NCBI GenBank assembly: GCA_964521705.1 | Contig: CAZFUD010000001.1 | Coordinates: forward strand, 1-54,742 | DNA from: an uncultured Opitutaceae bacterium | Lineage (GTDB): Bacteria > Verrucomicrobiota > Verrucomicrobiia > Opitutales > Opitutaceae | Length of the DNA stretch: 54,742 nucleotides | Reading direction: 5' to 3' | Part shown: one piece after another, positions 1 to 9,952 of the stretch | How the letters are laid out: each line of letters starts with the position of its first letter | Numbering within the stretch: position 1 is the stretch's first letter | Translations under genes and position numbers: made by a program | The notes under the pieces: model-generated | The model's input: only the letters and a program-made list of their open reading frames with translations | The model's database searches: none | Told to the model about the DNA's origin: nothing

Positions 1-377
1 CCATAGAAAAGCGAAATGGGAAAACGGCTCTTGATCTGACCCCAAACTGAATCCTGGTACCTGGTCGAGGTGCCCAGATCCCCCTGCACAAGCTTTCCCA
101 ACCAATTGAAATAGGCAATAATGGCGGGCTTATCGAATCCATAATACTCTTTGAGCTCCTGCATTTGGGCATCCGAAAGCCCAGAGCCTTCGCCCATCGT
201 CGAACCTCCGCCTCCAGTCATTTGAGCCCCCTGGCTCGCGCTGGCCATTTGAGCCTCCATAATCGCTCTCTCAAGCGGCCCACCAGGAACGAATCTCGTG
301 ATGACGAATACGATAAGCGTCACCCCCAGCACTGTGGGCGGAATTAAAAGAAGACGCCTTAAAAAGTAGTCGCGCAT
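1..377 (-). CDS. yejB: Peptide ABC transporter permease (YejB/OppB-like), 3' end outside window
   Basis: Not in ORF track; manual translation MRDYFLRRLLLIPPTVLGVTLIVFVITRFVPGGPLE...YYGFDKP...QGDLGTS...RFPISLFYG, a typical BPD_transp_1 N-terminus. Confidence 0.85.
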   Translation of the reverse strand, partial: MRDYFLRRLLLIPPTVLGVTLIVFVITRFVPGGPLERAIMEAQMASASQGAQMTGGGGSTMGEGSGLSDAQMQELKEYYGFDKPAIIAYFNWLGKLVQGDLGTSTRYQDSVWGQIKSRFPISLFY

Positions 378-570
378 ATAACCAGAGCCTTCTCATAGGC
401 CCATCCAGGCCTGATGCGAAGCGATAATTCAGTTTACTCCCAATGATACGGCCTATAATCGGTTATGCCTCAACAAATTTCCGCCAAAACCTATCTCTTC
501 GACCAGCGTGCTCCCAAACGGCTGAAATAGCGTTTGCGACTATCCACCAAAACGCGGAACTTTCCCTCTC

Positions 571-1287
571 ATGTACAGCCGATTCGCAAAATGGTACGAT
601 CAGCACTATCGTTCGATTAAGAACTACGATGAGGAATGCGAACGCCTGGCCTACCTATTTGGAAAGTTAGATCCAACTCCCGCCCAGCTACTAGACGTAT
701 GCTGCGGCACGGGCGAGCATGCTAAGATTCTCAGGGGAAAGCATGGCTACTCCGTTGATGGTATCGATTTGAAGCCCAATCTAGTCTCTATCGCTCAGTA
801 AAAAATCCAGACAACTTCTTCAGCGTTGCCGACATGCGTCGATTTTCGCTTCCCAGTCGTTACGACGCCATCACCTGCCTCTTCAGCTCAATTGGGTATA
901 CGGAGACCGAGGGAGCGCTTGAAAAGGCGATCCAAACTATGGCGAGGCATCTGCACCCAAACGGTTGGCTCATTCTCGAGCCGTGGGTCGAACCGGGCGA
1001 ATGGGAACCGGATCTTGTGGAAAAGCTCGCGTAGCGAGTATAGCGGAGCCGGGATTAGAATCGAGCAACGCCGAACCGCGTGGACCGAAGGCTCCGAGTC
1101 GGTTATCGAAATTGAGTACAAGATCGAAAGCCCGTCAGAACATCTCTCCCTTCGGGAAACTCATAGGCTCGGGCTCTTCTCAAGAGAGCAAATCAAAACC
1201 GCTTTGGAGAAACGCGGTTTCCGTTCTCGCTACATCCCTAAAGGAATGCTCCCCCATCAAGTACACCTCGCTCAGTTGACAGGCTAA
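571..1287 (+). pseudogene. Class I SAM methyltransferase (TylM1/DesVI-like), split by two frameshifts
   Basis: LLDVCCGTG motif in 571-801, DMRRF..YDAITCLFSSIGY..LILEPW in 834-1034, HRLGLFSREQ in 826-1287; frame changes at A-runs near 800 and 1021. Confidence 0.8.
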
Positions 1288-1412
1288 TTCTGCGATGGCA
1301 TCGCCATACGCGAGCCGAAGGCGTCTTTCGCCATCTTTATAGCAGGCAGGGCATGCTTTGGGCTAGCGTCCAGAAAACGCCGAGCCATTGGGATCCCAAT
1401 CGTTCCGAGGTG

Positions 1413-1488
1413 GTAGGGCTGACTGTGCTCAATCAGCCGATTTCAGGGGAGTTCACTAGCACATCTGACTGAGGACAGTCATCCTTGC
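1413..1488. repeat. REP-like inverted doublet (family D)
   Basis: GTAGGGCTGACTGTGCTCAATCAG (1413-1436) and imperfect inverted copy at 1465-1488, between convergent genes. Confidence 0.6.
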
Positions 1489-1524
1489 TGGTACGACAAA
1501 GTATCGCAACCTACAATAGACTAT

Positions 1525-2811
1525 CTACGCGTCTCGCTTTCCAATCCCGTCGGCGATCCGTTCGGCAATCTCCCCCTCAAAGTGCAACGAGCGGGTCGGG
1601 AACGCCATCGATGCTCCCCGGGCCTCCACGGCCTTCATAATCTTGATGTTGATACGCTGCCGAATGTCCATGTGCTTCAGCCAGGCCGTGGTTGTGGTGA
1701 AATAGTACACGAGAATCTGCAGCGAGCTGTCGCCAAAATCGGTGAAGTTGACCAAGATGAAATCCTGCTGCACTCCCTCGTCGTCCCGCAAAAGCAGTTT
1801 AATATCTTCTACAAGATCGTGCATAGTATCGGCAGGTGTGCTGTAGGTAACGCCAATGTACTGCTTGACCCGACGTTTGGGCATGCGGCTCCAGTTCTCG
1901 ATCATCTCGTTGGCCAGCACCTTATTGGGGATGGACATCAAGGACTTGGACCAGGTCCTAACTTTGGTCGAACGCATCCCGATCGCTTCCACATCTCCAT
2001 CGACCTTGTCTCCGACTTGTATCCAGTCACCCACTTTAAACGGACGGTCTGCAACGAGCGAAACGGAACCGAAGAAATTGCCCAGCGTCTCCTGAGCAGC
2101 TAAGGCCACTGCCAAGCCGCCAATCCCAAGACCGGCCAGCAAGGAGCTAACCGAATAGCCAAGATTCTGCACGACGAGGATTACTGCAACGACGAGCAGG
2201 AAGGTCCTAGCTGCTTTCTGAATCAGCGGAATGAATCCATAAACCGCCATGTCCCTTTGTTTGGCGACTCCCATCATGGTCTCCGCTAGGACGTCGACCG
2301 CTCTCAAAATCCCCCAGAACACAATCGTCATGGTGGCAGCCTTAACTCCCAGCACGATCGCCCTATCCCACTCTGGAGAAAGATTCAGTATCGTCAAAGC
2401 GATGAATAGCCCAATGACGAAAACCATCCACCCAACAGGCGACCTCATGGCGGGAACCATCTTGTCGTCAAATTCCCAAGACGTTTTGGCAGCAATCCGA
2501 TGCAGCCAGTTTTCGAAAAGGTATCCAACTATTTTACGGGCGACGTAAGTCAGCAATATAATGACGAAACTAGTCAATAGCCGTCCCCAAGAATTCTCTC
2601 CAACATCCTCCTGGAATATCTCGCTCAGCTTGCCTCGTACCTCTGACCGGACAGCGGAGAACTCGCTTGGCTGCCCTTCCGCTGATATCGCCGCTCCTCC
2701 CGCTGAAGCGGTCTCATTCCCTTCCTGGTTTTGGGCCCAAGCAAATTGTCCCAAATAAATCGATACAATTGTCAGAAAAACTAGCCTAATCGCGTTCATA
2801 GACCTCAACAC
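1525..2811 (-). CDS. mscS: Small-conductance mechanosensitive channel, MscS family
   Basis: LLAGLGIGGLAVALAAQETLGNFFGS, DRPFKVGDWI, IGMRSTKVRT, IPNKVLANEMIENWSR, AFPTRSL. Confidence 0.95.
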   Translation of the reverse strand: MLRSMNAIRLVFLTIVSIYLGQFAWAQNQEGNETASAGGAAISAEGQPSEFSAVRSEVRGKLSEIFQEDVGENSWGRLLTSFVIILLTYVARKIVGYLFENWLHRIAAKTSWEFDDKMVPAMRSPVGWMVFVIGLFIALTILNLSPEWDRAIVLGVKAATMTIVFWGILRAVDVLAETMMGVAKQRDMAVYGFIPLIQKAARTFLLVVAVILVVQNLGYSVSSLLAGLGIGGLAVALAAQETLGNFFGSVSLVADRPFKVGDWIQVGDKVDGDVEAIGMRSTKVRTWSKSLMSIPNKVLANEMIENWSRMPKRRVKQYIGVTYSTPADTMHDLVEDIKLLLRDDEGVQQDFILVNFTDFGDSSLQILVYYFTTTTAWLKHMDIRQRINIKIMKAVEARGASMAFPTRSLHFEGEIAERIADGIGKRDA

Positions 2812-3010
2812 GGCCGCATTTCAATCAATCCCATCGGCAAATAGCAATACCGAATGCGAGTTGGGCAGCTTCTTGAGGAGAAGCAGCCCTAACACTTCTT
2901 TACTACAAACGGAAACGCGTGCTAGAGGTGGGCATCAGGAAGGTAGCAATGCTCGGCTCTACCCTCCGAAATCCGCAGATGGAGGACCGAGCCCCGTTCC
3001 TCCCCACCAT

Positions 3011-3049
3011 AAAAGAAAAGCACCGGTCCCCTCCCCAGAGAACCGGCGC
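3011..3049 (-). terminator. Intrinsic terminator of hsp20 operon
   Basis: Minus strand GCGCCGGTTCTC-TGGGGA-GGGGACCGGTGC followed by TTTTCTTTT, just after the hsp20 stop. Confidence 0.75.
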
Positions 3050-3071
3050 CAACCCAAGCCACGCAATGAGA

Positions 3072-3470
3072 TTATCGAATCTCGATCTTGCGCGGCTTTT
3101 CCTCTTCCTCCTTAAGTAAGGTTAGTCTTAGCACGCCATTGCTGGTTTCGGCAGAAATGCCGCCTTCTTCCACGCGATCTCCGACCATTAAGCGGAGTCG
3201 ATACGAGTACGACTCGTGATCGCCATTAACCGCTTTCCAGCCTTTTGGCGGCGTCCAATTGCGTTCGCCTATCAGCTCCAGCAACCCATCGTGCAGCGTT
3301 ACGCCAACATCCTTTTTACCGACGCCCGGAAGGTCCACGTCTGCATAGTAGGCGCTCTGGTCTTCGGAAATCTCGTACCGAGGCCGTACATAGACGGCTC
3401 CGTTCGAATCCTCCGCCTGGCTCGGGCTGCAGGCTATCGGAGATGGTTTAAATACGTTTAGCAAACTCAT
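3072..3470 (-). CDS. Hsp20/alpha-crystallin small heat shock protein
   Basis: DLPGVGKKDV, ISAETSNGVLRLTL, C-terminal PRKIEI (IXI motif). Confidence 0.92.
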   Translation of the reverse strand: MSLLNVFKPSPIACSPSQAEDSNGAVYVRPRYEISEDQSAYYADVDLPGVGKKDVGVTLHDGLLELIGERNWTPPKGWKAVNGDHESYSYRLRLMVGDRVEEGGISAETSNGVLRLTLLKEEEEKPRKIEIR

Positions 3471-3497
3471 TTGTGTTACTCCTTTGTTTGGTTTGAT

Positions 3498-3947
3498 CTA
3501 TTTGACTTCAATTTTGCGGGGCTTGAGCAATTCCGCCCTCGGAAAGGTGATGCTCAAGACGCCATCTTCGAACTCGGCTCCAGCCTTAGCAGCGTCGACT
3601 CCATCTGGAATCGAGAATGACTGACTGTAAGACATCGAACTCTCGCCTTGCTTCGATTTCGATTTTCGCTCAGCGGATAGCCGAACCATATTGTCGCCGA
3701 CTTCGATTGACACCTCCTTGGGCTCAACGCCAGGCACTTCAATGCGAGCGACGTATGCGTCATCGTGTTCAAACCAACTCGGTCGGGCAGAACGGCTTCC
3801 CGAATCGGAAATCCAATCACCCCCTACATCGAAAAGACTCGGCAAGCTACCGAATACCTTCTCCAGCTCCTTCTCGAAATTCGAAAACAAACTTCCCGAA
3901 AAGGGCGTAATTCCATATCTCGAATTAAACGGACTTAAGTATCTCAT
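3498..3947 (-). CDS. Hsp20/alpha-crystallin small heat shock protein
   Basis: IEVPGVEPKEV, AEFEDGVLSITFPR, PRKIEV; GGAGG RBS upstream. Confidence 0.93.
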   Translation of the reverse strand: MRYLSPFNSRYGITPFSGSLFSNFEKELEKVFGSLPSLFDVGGDWISDSGSRSARPSWFEHDDAYVARIEVPGVEPKEVSIEVGDNMVRLSAERKSKSKQGESSMSYSQSFSIPDGVDAAKAGAEFEDGVLSITFPRAELLKPRKIEVK

Positions 3948-3994
3948 TGTTTCCTCCTGTAAGTTGAAATTTCAAATTGCTGATACCTGTAGTG

Positions 3995-4098
3995 TGCATA
4001 AATGATACCAATTCTTAAAAATTTTTAGTTGTTGTTAATCAACATTATAATCTATTTCTAGTGCCCGTTATGAGTCATTTTGTCTCTACTTTGGGCAC
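3995..4098 (-). promoter_or_regulatory. Putative sigma54 promoter with IHF-like site and enhancer palindrome
   Basis: TGGTATCATTTATGCA (minus, 4010-3995) has GG-N10-GC spacing; AATCAACATTATA 4037-4049 (1 mismatch to WATCAANNNNTTR); GAGTCATTTTGTCTC 4072-4086 nested in GTGCCC...GGGCAC. Confidence 0.6.
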
Positions 4099-4263
4099 AA
4101 ATTTGTGACGGGTAGTACCAATTTCGATCAGCCGGCCAAACTCGGCTACCTGCATGTAGGAGCGGGCGAAAATCAAAGCCTATGACAGGCTTGGGCAGCG
4201 ACATTGAACAATAGAGTTTGCTCTAGATCTACATTCCGCTTTCTCTGCGCAATTTCCGAGAAG

Positions 4264-5412
4264 ATGGACTCGATTTTCAACCAGGTACTTGAGCGGCGCC
4301 ACACCGATAGTCAGAAGTGGCAGAAATACGAAGGCCAAGACATCCTTCCCATGTGGGTGGCCGATATGGATTTCAGAGCTCCCAAGCCCGTTCTTGAAGC
4401 CCTGCACGAGCGGATAGAGCACGGAATTTTCGGCTACGCCCGCCCTGAACCCAGCGCAATTGAAGCCGTCATCGAGATGCTGGAGCGAAACTATGGATGG
4501 AAAGTAGAGCCTGATTGGCTGGTTTGGTTGCCCGGACTCGTAGTGGGTTTGAACATCGCTAGCCGGGCATTCGCCTGCGAGGGTGAAGCGATTCTGACGA
4601 ACACGCCCATCTATCCGCCATTCTTATTGGGACCCCGATTTCAAAGTCGATCCGTAGCGAAAGCTCCGATGGTCCTGGACGGTAATCGCTGGGTGATCGA
4701 CTGGGAAGCGATGGAAGCTGCTGTAAACGACAGGGTTAGGCTTTTCTTCTTCTGCAATCCGCATAATCCCTGCGCAAGGGTGTTCGATAACCAAGAGCTT
4801 GAAGCCGTCGCGGAATTCTGTCGCCGCCACGATCTCATTCTGTGTTCCGATGAAATCCACTGCGAGCTCCTGCTGGACGAACGTAAGCACACTCCGATCG
4901 CCTCCCTTTCGGACTCGCTGAACGATCGATCCTTCACATTCATCGCTCCTAGCAAAACCTACAATCTTGCTGGACTTGGCTGCTCGATAGCGATCATCCC
5001 CAACCCTGTATTAAGGAATCGCTTTGTTTCCGCGAGCCGCGGAATAATGGCCGAAGTCAATAATCTCGGCTACGTCGCCTGCGAAGCGGCCTACCGACAC
5101 GGAGGCCCTTGGAGGGAAAAACTTTTACGCTATCTCGGCAAGAATCGGGACCTCATTCAAGAGTTCGCCCGCGAGCATATGCCCGAGGCTCGCCTTTATG
5201 AACATGAGGCTACCTATCTATCCTGGATAGACGTGTCTGCTCTTGGCTTGAAGGATCCTATCGCCCATTTTGAATCTCATGGAATCGGTCTTTCCGATGG
5301 ATCCTTTTTCGACAGCCCGAGCCACGTCCGACTCAATTTCGGTTGCCCACGCTCTACGCTCGAAGAAGGGCTGAAACGACTTCGAAATGGGTTCGAAGCC
5401 GTTCGTCAGTGA
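4264..5412 (+). CDS. patB: PLP-dependent C-S lyase, MalY/PatB family
   Basis: LPMWVADMDF, HGIFGY, CNPHNP, SDEIH, APSKTYNLAGL, RLNFGCPR; start moved to ATG 4264. Confidence 0.93.
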   Translation: MDSIFNQVLERRHTDSQKWQKYEGQDILPMWVADMDFRAPKPVLEALHERIEHGIFGYARPEPSAIEAVIEMLERNYGWKVEPDWLVWLPGLVVGLNIASRAFACEGEAILTNTPIYPPFLLGPRFQSRSVAKAPMVLDGNRWVIDWEAMEAAVNDRVRLFFFCNPHNPCARVFDNQELEAVAEFCRRHDLILCSDEIHCELLLDERKHTPIASLSDSLNDRSFTFIAPSKTYNLAGLGCSIAIIPNPVLRNRFVSASRGIMAEVNNLGYVACEAAYRHGGPWREKLLRYLGKNRDLIQEFAREHMPEARLYEHEATYLSWIDVSALGLKDPIAHFESHGIGLSDGSFFDSPSHVRLNFGCPRSTLEEGLKRLRNGFEAVRQ

Positions 5413-5501
5413 ACGGCAGCGTTGCTTAGCAATCAGCACTGTTCACTCCGCGGACGCACAGTCGGGCATTGGTCAACCTGTACTAGGACTGGCATAAAAA
5501 A

Positions 5502-5569
5502 CGGGGCGGGACCTCGCGTTCCACCGTTAAAGCCGAATCAAAAGGTGGCGCTCGATCCCACGGCTGGGC
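5502..5569. repeat. REP-like doublet (family B, degenerate)
   Basis: CGGGGCGGGACCTCGCGTTCCACC and GGTGGCGCTCGATCCCACGGCTGGGC resemble the copies at 19016 and 51843. Confidence 0.6.
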
Positions 5570-5598
5570 ATTGGCGTCAACTGATGTTTTGGTCGAAC

Positions 5599-5670
5599 GC
5601 AGGAGCGGGTTTATCCCGCTATAATCCAATGCCCATGCTATCGAAATCGCGGTAAAAACCCGCTCCTGCA
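5599..5670. repeat. REP-like inverted doublet (family A)
   Basis: GCAGGAGCGGGTTTATCCCGC ... TCGCGGTAAAAACCCGCTCCTGCA; near-identical unit at 7365. Confidence 0.75.
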
Positions 5671-5788
5671 AATCACATATGACACAGAAACCTCTACTCT
5701 TCGAGTTCAGTTGACGCCTGTAATCAGTCGCAAGACCAAACCTGCTGCTAAAACGCGGCGTCCATCTTCGGGAAATCACTATCGCCCT

Positions 5789-6418
5789 CTAAGAGTCCGG
5801 ATTCCCAATATACTCGGAAACACGATCCGCCAATTCAGCGAGAATCAATAGGGCTTCCTGGAATCTCAATCGCATGGACTCGTCCACGAGACGGCCCTTT
5901 TCCCTGTATTCAAAAAATCCTTTCGATAGTCTGAATGCTCCGGGGCCTTTGAAGGCGGCCAATCGTTCTGTACCTAGCCTAGCCGCGAGCCCGGCATCAG
6001 AATCGTCGTTTAAACAGCAGATCCTGAATGGACCGGCTTCCCCGCGGAGGATCAAATTTTTGGCGCGGCCATCGAAACGGGCCTCATCTTCAGTCAGTGG
6101 GCTTTCTATCAAGAATTCCCGTTCCCCGGCGAAAGTAGCTTCCAGGGTCAACGATGTCCAAATACGCTTTTTCCGCCCTCTACCACGGAAGTGATCGTAT
6201 ATCGCAATCGGGTGGCCTCTGTATTCGCCCGACAACGAGTAGCGCTCCCCGATGCCCGACCCCCACTTGCTAGCAAAGGCATGCCGTTTCAAACGGAACC
6301 GCTTTTCCAATACTCCATACTGGGATAGCATTTTTCCCTTCCCTCGTCCTAGGAATCCCGGAACGATGAGAACTGCTACGGCGCAGATAGCTCCTATGAT
6401 CAGAATGTTGATAGTCAT
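5789..6418 (-). CDS. Hypothetical protein with N-terminal membrane anchor
   Basis: Long ORF; hydrophobic MTINILIIGAICAVAVLIVPGFLG followed by a basic soluble domain; start moved to ATG 6418. Confidence 0.7.
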   Translation of the reverse strand: MTINILIIGAICAVAVLIVPGFLGRGKGKMLSQYGVLEKRFRLKRHAFASKWGSGIGERYSLSGEYRGHPIAIYDHFRGRGRKKRIWTSLTLEATFAGEREFLIESPLTEDEARFDGRAKNLILRGEAGPFRICCLNDDSDAGLAARLGTERLAAFKGPGAFRLSKGFFEYREKGRLVDESMRLRFQEALLILAELADRVSEYIGNPDS

Positions 6419-6549
6419 AGCCTTGAATCCGGCTCGTCCTGAAGCTGCTTCACCACATTTGGCGCCGCGTTTCAATTAATTGGTAAACGTATCCCCGGCC
6501 GCTAGACGCCACTTGTCAATTAATTAGAGTTGCTACAGGCTCCCCAACG

Positions 6550-7287
6550 ATGTGCGGGCGCTATACACTAATCAAGCAACCAACCTCCGTCGGCCTGAAG
6601 TCGCCGAAGAATATCGAATTGCCTGACAAAGCCGATGCTGAAGATTTGGTCTTCAGTCCCCGCTACAATATTGCCCCGACACAAAGTAATCTCGTGGTTA
6701 GAAAACGTCCCGAAGACGAGCGAGTCTTGATGTCGAGCATGCGATGGGGACTTCTGCCAAGCTGGTCCCGCACCGGAGAAACGACTTCACTTTTGATTAA
6801 TGCCCGCTCCGAAACCGTAGCCGAAAAACCTTCATTCAAAGCTGCCTACCAACGACGTCGCTGCCTGGTTCCCGCTGACGGTTACTATGAGTGGAAACGG
6901 CATCGATCGGTAAATCAGCCATACTATTTGCAGTTGGAAGACGAATCGGTTTTCTTCCTGGCCGGAATTTGGGAAACGTGGCACGACTTCGCAGGCGTAC
7001 CCACTGAAAGTTTCGCGATTCTGACCACCCAGGCCAACGCCCTCGCCGCCAAGGTTCATGATCGTATGCCCGTGATTCTTGAAGGGGACGACCCCCTAAT
7101 CTGGCTCGAAGGAAATTCCGAAATAATCGAAACCGAAAAGCGATTTGACCTTTTTGGACCCATCGATTCCGGGCGAATGAAATACCGGGCCGTAAATCCT
7201 ATCGTTAATAACAATCTAAACGATATTCCAGAGTGCATTTCGGAGCCGCCTGTCGAAGCGAGCACCCAGCTTGACATGGGCTTCTGA
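6550..7287 (+). CDS. SOS response-associated peptidase (SRAP/YedK, abasic-site protecting)
   Basis: N-terminal MCGRY, PRYNIAPTQ, MRWGL, INARSET, RRCLVPADGYYEW, VHDRMPVIL. Confidence 0.95.
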   Translation: MCGRYTLIKQPTSVGLKSPKNIELPDKADAEDLVFSPRYNIAPTQSNLVVRKRPEDERVLMSSMRWGLLPSWSRTGETTSLLINARSETVAEKPSFKAAYQRRRCLVPADGYYEWKRHRSVNQPYYLQLEDESVFFLAGIWETWHDFAGVPTESFAILTTQANALAAKVHDRMPVILEGDDPLIWLEGNSEIIETEKRFDLFGPIDSGRMKYRAVNPIVNNNLNDIPECISEPPVEASTQLDMGF

Positions 7288-7364
7288 ATACGAATGGAAA
7301 AATCTGAGCCCAATAGTATCATCATTGATGAACAAGGGAAATCAGAACTCCGTTTATGAAATCC

Positions 7365-7437
7365 TGCAGGAGCGGGTTTATCCCGCGAAATCGATACACC
7401 TTAACTAAGAACTATCGCGGGATAAACACGCTACTAC
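7365..7437. repeat. REP-like inverted doublet (family A)
   Basis: TGCAGGAGCGGGTTTATCCCGCGA ... TCGCGGGATAAACACGCTACTAC, between convergent genes. Confidence 0.75.
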
Positions 7438-7491
7438 TAGCAAATCCAAAATATATTCGAAACCGGATTTTCGAGAAGCCCAAGGACTCCC

Positions 7492-8472
7492 TTATCCCCA
7501 ACCAGCCTGTCGAAAGAACTCCAGAGCCCTTCGCTCATGCCAATACCCAGTTCGATGGCGGTCGCCAGGAAAGCCGCAGTGACCTCCTGAATTTGGCATT
7601 TCCAAATAAAGGAAACCATGGGCATTCGCTTCTTCCTTCGGATAGCATTCCTCGGAAAGAAAGGGATCGTTCTGGGCATTGATCAAAAGCGACGGGCGCT
7701 CAATACCGTTTAGATAGAAGCGGCTGCTACATTGTCGCCAATAGTCTTCAGCATCGCGGAAACCATTTAGAGGAGCCGTATAAATGTCGTCGAATTCCTT
7801 GAACGTCCTCAGTTCCCGACATTCTTGTCTATATTTGAATTCCGGATACTTATTCTCCTTTTGCTTCAATTTACCACACAGCAGCTTGATGAATCGCTTC
7901 ATATAAAAAGCGTTTTCCGATCTCGCCAATCGATCCGCTGATGTTCGCAAATCGCACGGCGTGGAAAAGGCGACCGCCGCCTTCACCGCGGAAGGCAATT
8001 TCGATCCTTGCTCGCCCAAATATTTCAGGACTACATTGCCACCCAAACTGAATCCCGCCAAACCGATCCATTCATATCGTTGATTCAGACTATTCAGAAC
8101 CGTCGCCAATCCTTCCGTATCGCCACTGTGATATGACCTCATTAGCCGATTTGGCTCCCCGCTACAGCCCCTCATATTGAATGCCGCCACTGCGTACCCC
8201 GCTTGGAAAAATGATTTTCCCAGCGATTTTATATAAGCAGCTTGGCTATCGCCTTCGAGCCCGTGTAAGACTACGCAACAGCGCTCGGACTTCTCGCCCT
8301 CCTGCCTCTCAAGCCAGTCGACATCGATAAAATCCGTGTCTGGCAGTTCGAATCGCTCTCTTCGATAATCAACTTGTATTCTTCGTCTGGTTACATTCGG
8401 CAGAATGGTCTGCAAATGGGCATTGGGCAGATAGAATGGAGATCTGTAAGTCGATTCTCTGGCAACTGGCAC
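7492..8472 (-). CDS. Alpha/beta hydrolase, YheT family
   Basis: NAHLQT, LHGLEG, RGCSGEPN, GFSLGGN nucleophile elbow, FDDIYTAP, GGHCGF. Confidence 0.92.
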   Translation of the reverse strand: MPVARESTYRSPFYLPNAHLQTILPNVTRRRIQVDYRRERFELPDTDFIDVDWLERQEGEKSERCCVVLHGLEGDSQAAYIKSLGKSFFQAGYAVAAFNMRGCSGEPNRLMRSYHSGDTEGLATVLNSLNQRYEWIGLAGFSLGGNVVLKYLGEQGSKLPSAVKAAVAFSTPCDLRTSADRLARSENAFYMKRFIKLLCGKLKQKENKYPEFKYRQECRELRTFKEFDDIYTAPLNGFRDAEDYWRQCSSRFYLNGIERPSLLINAQNDPFLSEECYPKEEANAHGFLYLEMPNSGGHCGFPGDRHRTGYWHERRALEFFRQAGWG

Positions 8473-8611
8473 ACCTCCTAAAGAACTGGCTTTAGCCCGC
8501 CCTGCAAGTCGCGTTTATCCTCCATGGCCGAAACTGAGCTGTCTCGCAATTTTTTCCGAAAACGCGCATACCCGGCTTGAAGAGTCCCGACGATCCCCTA
8601 CAAATAGCCCC

Positions 8612-9952
8612 ATGCAGGAGCAGGATACAGAAAACGCAACCACGGAGGACGCTTTCGCAAAGCGGATCGAGCGATTGCGTCAACTGCATCCAAGCGATGT
8701 CGCGGAAGAGATCGAAGATCTGGAACTAGACGAAATCCGGGAGATTCTGCGGAACCTCGACCACGAGGTAATCGCCGACATCATTCCTGAGCTTCCTCAA
8801 GAGATTCAGACCGACCTGATGGAAAACATGCGGGTCGAGCGTGTGAGCGAAATCATCCCGGAAATGTATTCGGATGAGGCAGCGGATGCTCTTGGAGATG
8901 TGTCCCCAGAGCGTTTGCAAACCATCATGGAGCAACTTCCGGACGAGGAAGTAGAAGAGATCTCCGACTTGATGGACTATCCGGAGGATTCCGCTGGCGG
9001 AATCATGCAGAAGGAGGTCCACGCCATCAAAGAAACGCTTACGCTCGCGGAGGCTCGCGAATCGATTCGCCGCGCCGAAGATCAAGAGGACATCAGCGCG
9101 ATCTACATTTACGTTGTCGATGATGAAGGGCGCCTGAAAGGCGTGCTGCGTTTGCGAGACTTGCTTTTCAGGGATCTCCGACTGCTCGTTCGCGATGTGA
9201 TGATCACTATGGTCCGATCGATAAGAGCCGCTGCTGACCAGGAAGAAATCGCCAATCTGTTCCAGAAATACAATTACAGCTCGCTGCCGGTTGTAGAAGA
9301 TTTCGGCAAGCTAGTGGGTCGCGTCACTTCGGACGACGTTCTTGACGTCATCCAGGAAGAGGCGACGGAAGATATGCACCGTATGGTAGGTATTTCTGGA
9401 GACGAAACGGTATTTACTCCTTGGCCGAGGTCCGTTCGCAATCGCCTGCCTTGGCTATGCATCAATCTCGCAACGGGGTTCTGCATTGCCTGGGTCATTT
9501 CCATGTTCGAGCCGGCCATCGAAGAATACGCCATTCTGGCCTTCTTCCTTCCCATCGTGGGCCTTATTGGGGGCAACGCTGGGAATCAGACCTTAACTAT
9601 CGTCGTTCGCTCGCTAGCCCTGGGAGAGATCGAAGACAGGGAATGGCGGAGAATGCTGATCAAGGAGTTCTTAACCGGTTGCACAACGGGTTTCACGGTC
9701 GGGGGATTAGCGGGATTGGTATCCTGGATTTGGATAGGCAAGCCCGTCCTAGGTGCAGTCGTCGCCTTGGCTATGCTTCTCAATATGATAGCCGCAGCGG
9801 CAGCTGGCGTTCTCGTTCCTATCAGCTTGCGCGCCCTAAAGATCGATCCCGCTCTTGCCTCATCGATAATGGTCACTACCACGACAGATATTGTCGGCTT
9901 TTTCCTCTTCCTAAGTTTGGCTACCCTCGCTATAGGAGCCTTCAACTTGTGA
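8612..9952 (+). CDS. mgtE: Magnesium transporter MgtE
   Basis: LHPSDVAE N-domain, YPEDSAGGIM plus CBS pair, RLPWL, GGNAGNQ, IDPALASS, TTTTD. Confidence 0.96.
   Translation: MQEQDTENATTEDAFAKRIERLRQLHPSDVAEEIEDLELDEIREILRNLDHEVIADIIPELPQEIQTDLMENMRVERVSEIIPEMYSDEAADALGDVSPERLQTIMEQLPDEEVEEISDLMDYPEDSAGGIMQKEVHAIKETLTLAEARESIRRAEDQEDISAIYIYVVDDEGRLKGVLRLRDLLFRDLRLLVRDVMITMVRSIRAAADQEEIANLFQKYNYSSLPVVEDFGKLVGRVTSDDVLDVIQEEATEDMHRMVGISGDETVFTPWPRSVRNRLPWLCINLATGFCIAWVISMFEPAIEEYAILAFFLPIVGLIGGNAGNQTLTIVVRSLALGEIEDREWRRMLIKEFLTGCTTGFTVGGLAGLVSWIWIGKPVLGAVVALAMLLNMIAAAAAGVLVPISLRALKIDPALASSIMVTTTTDIVGFFLFLSLATLAIGAFNL

Noticed and set aside
3948-4200. CIRCE or ROSE element before hsp20
   Set aside because: No TTAGCACTC-N9-GAGTGCTAA; the leader is short and AT-rich with no RBS-sequestering ROSE hairpin.
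5483-5779. 98-aa ORF, and similar ORFs at 7356-7682 and 54092-54301
   Set aside because: They run through REP palindromes or overlap real genes and lack protein-like features.
6419-6549. LexA box upstream of SRAP
   Set aside because: No TGTTC-N4-GAACA or CTGT-N8-ACAG match; only two TCAATTAATT copies of unclear meaning.
8473-8611. M-box riboswitch upstream of mgtE
   Set aside because: The intergenic region is short, shared with a divergent gene and lacks recognisable M-box motifs.
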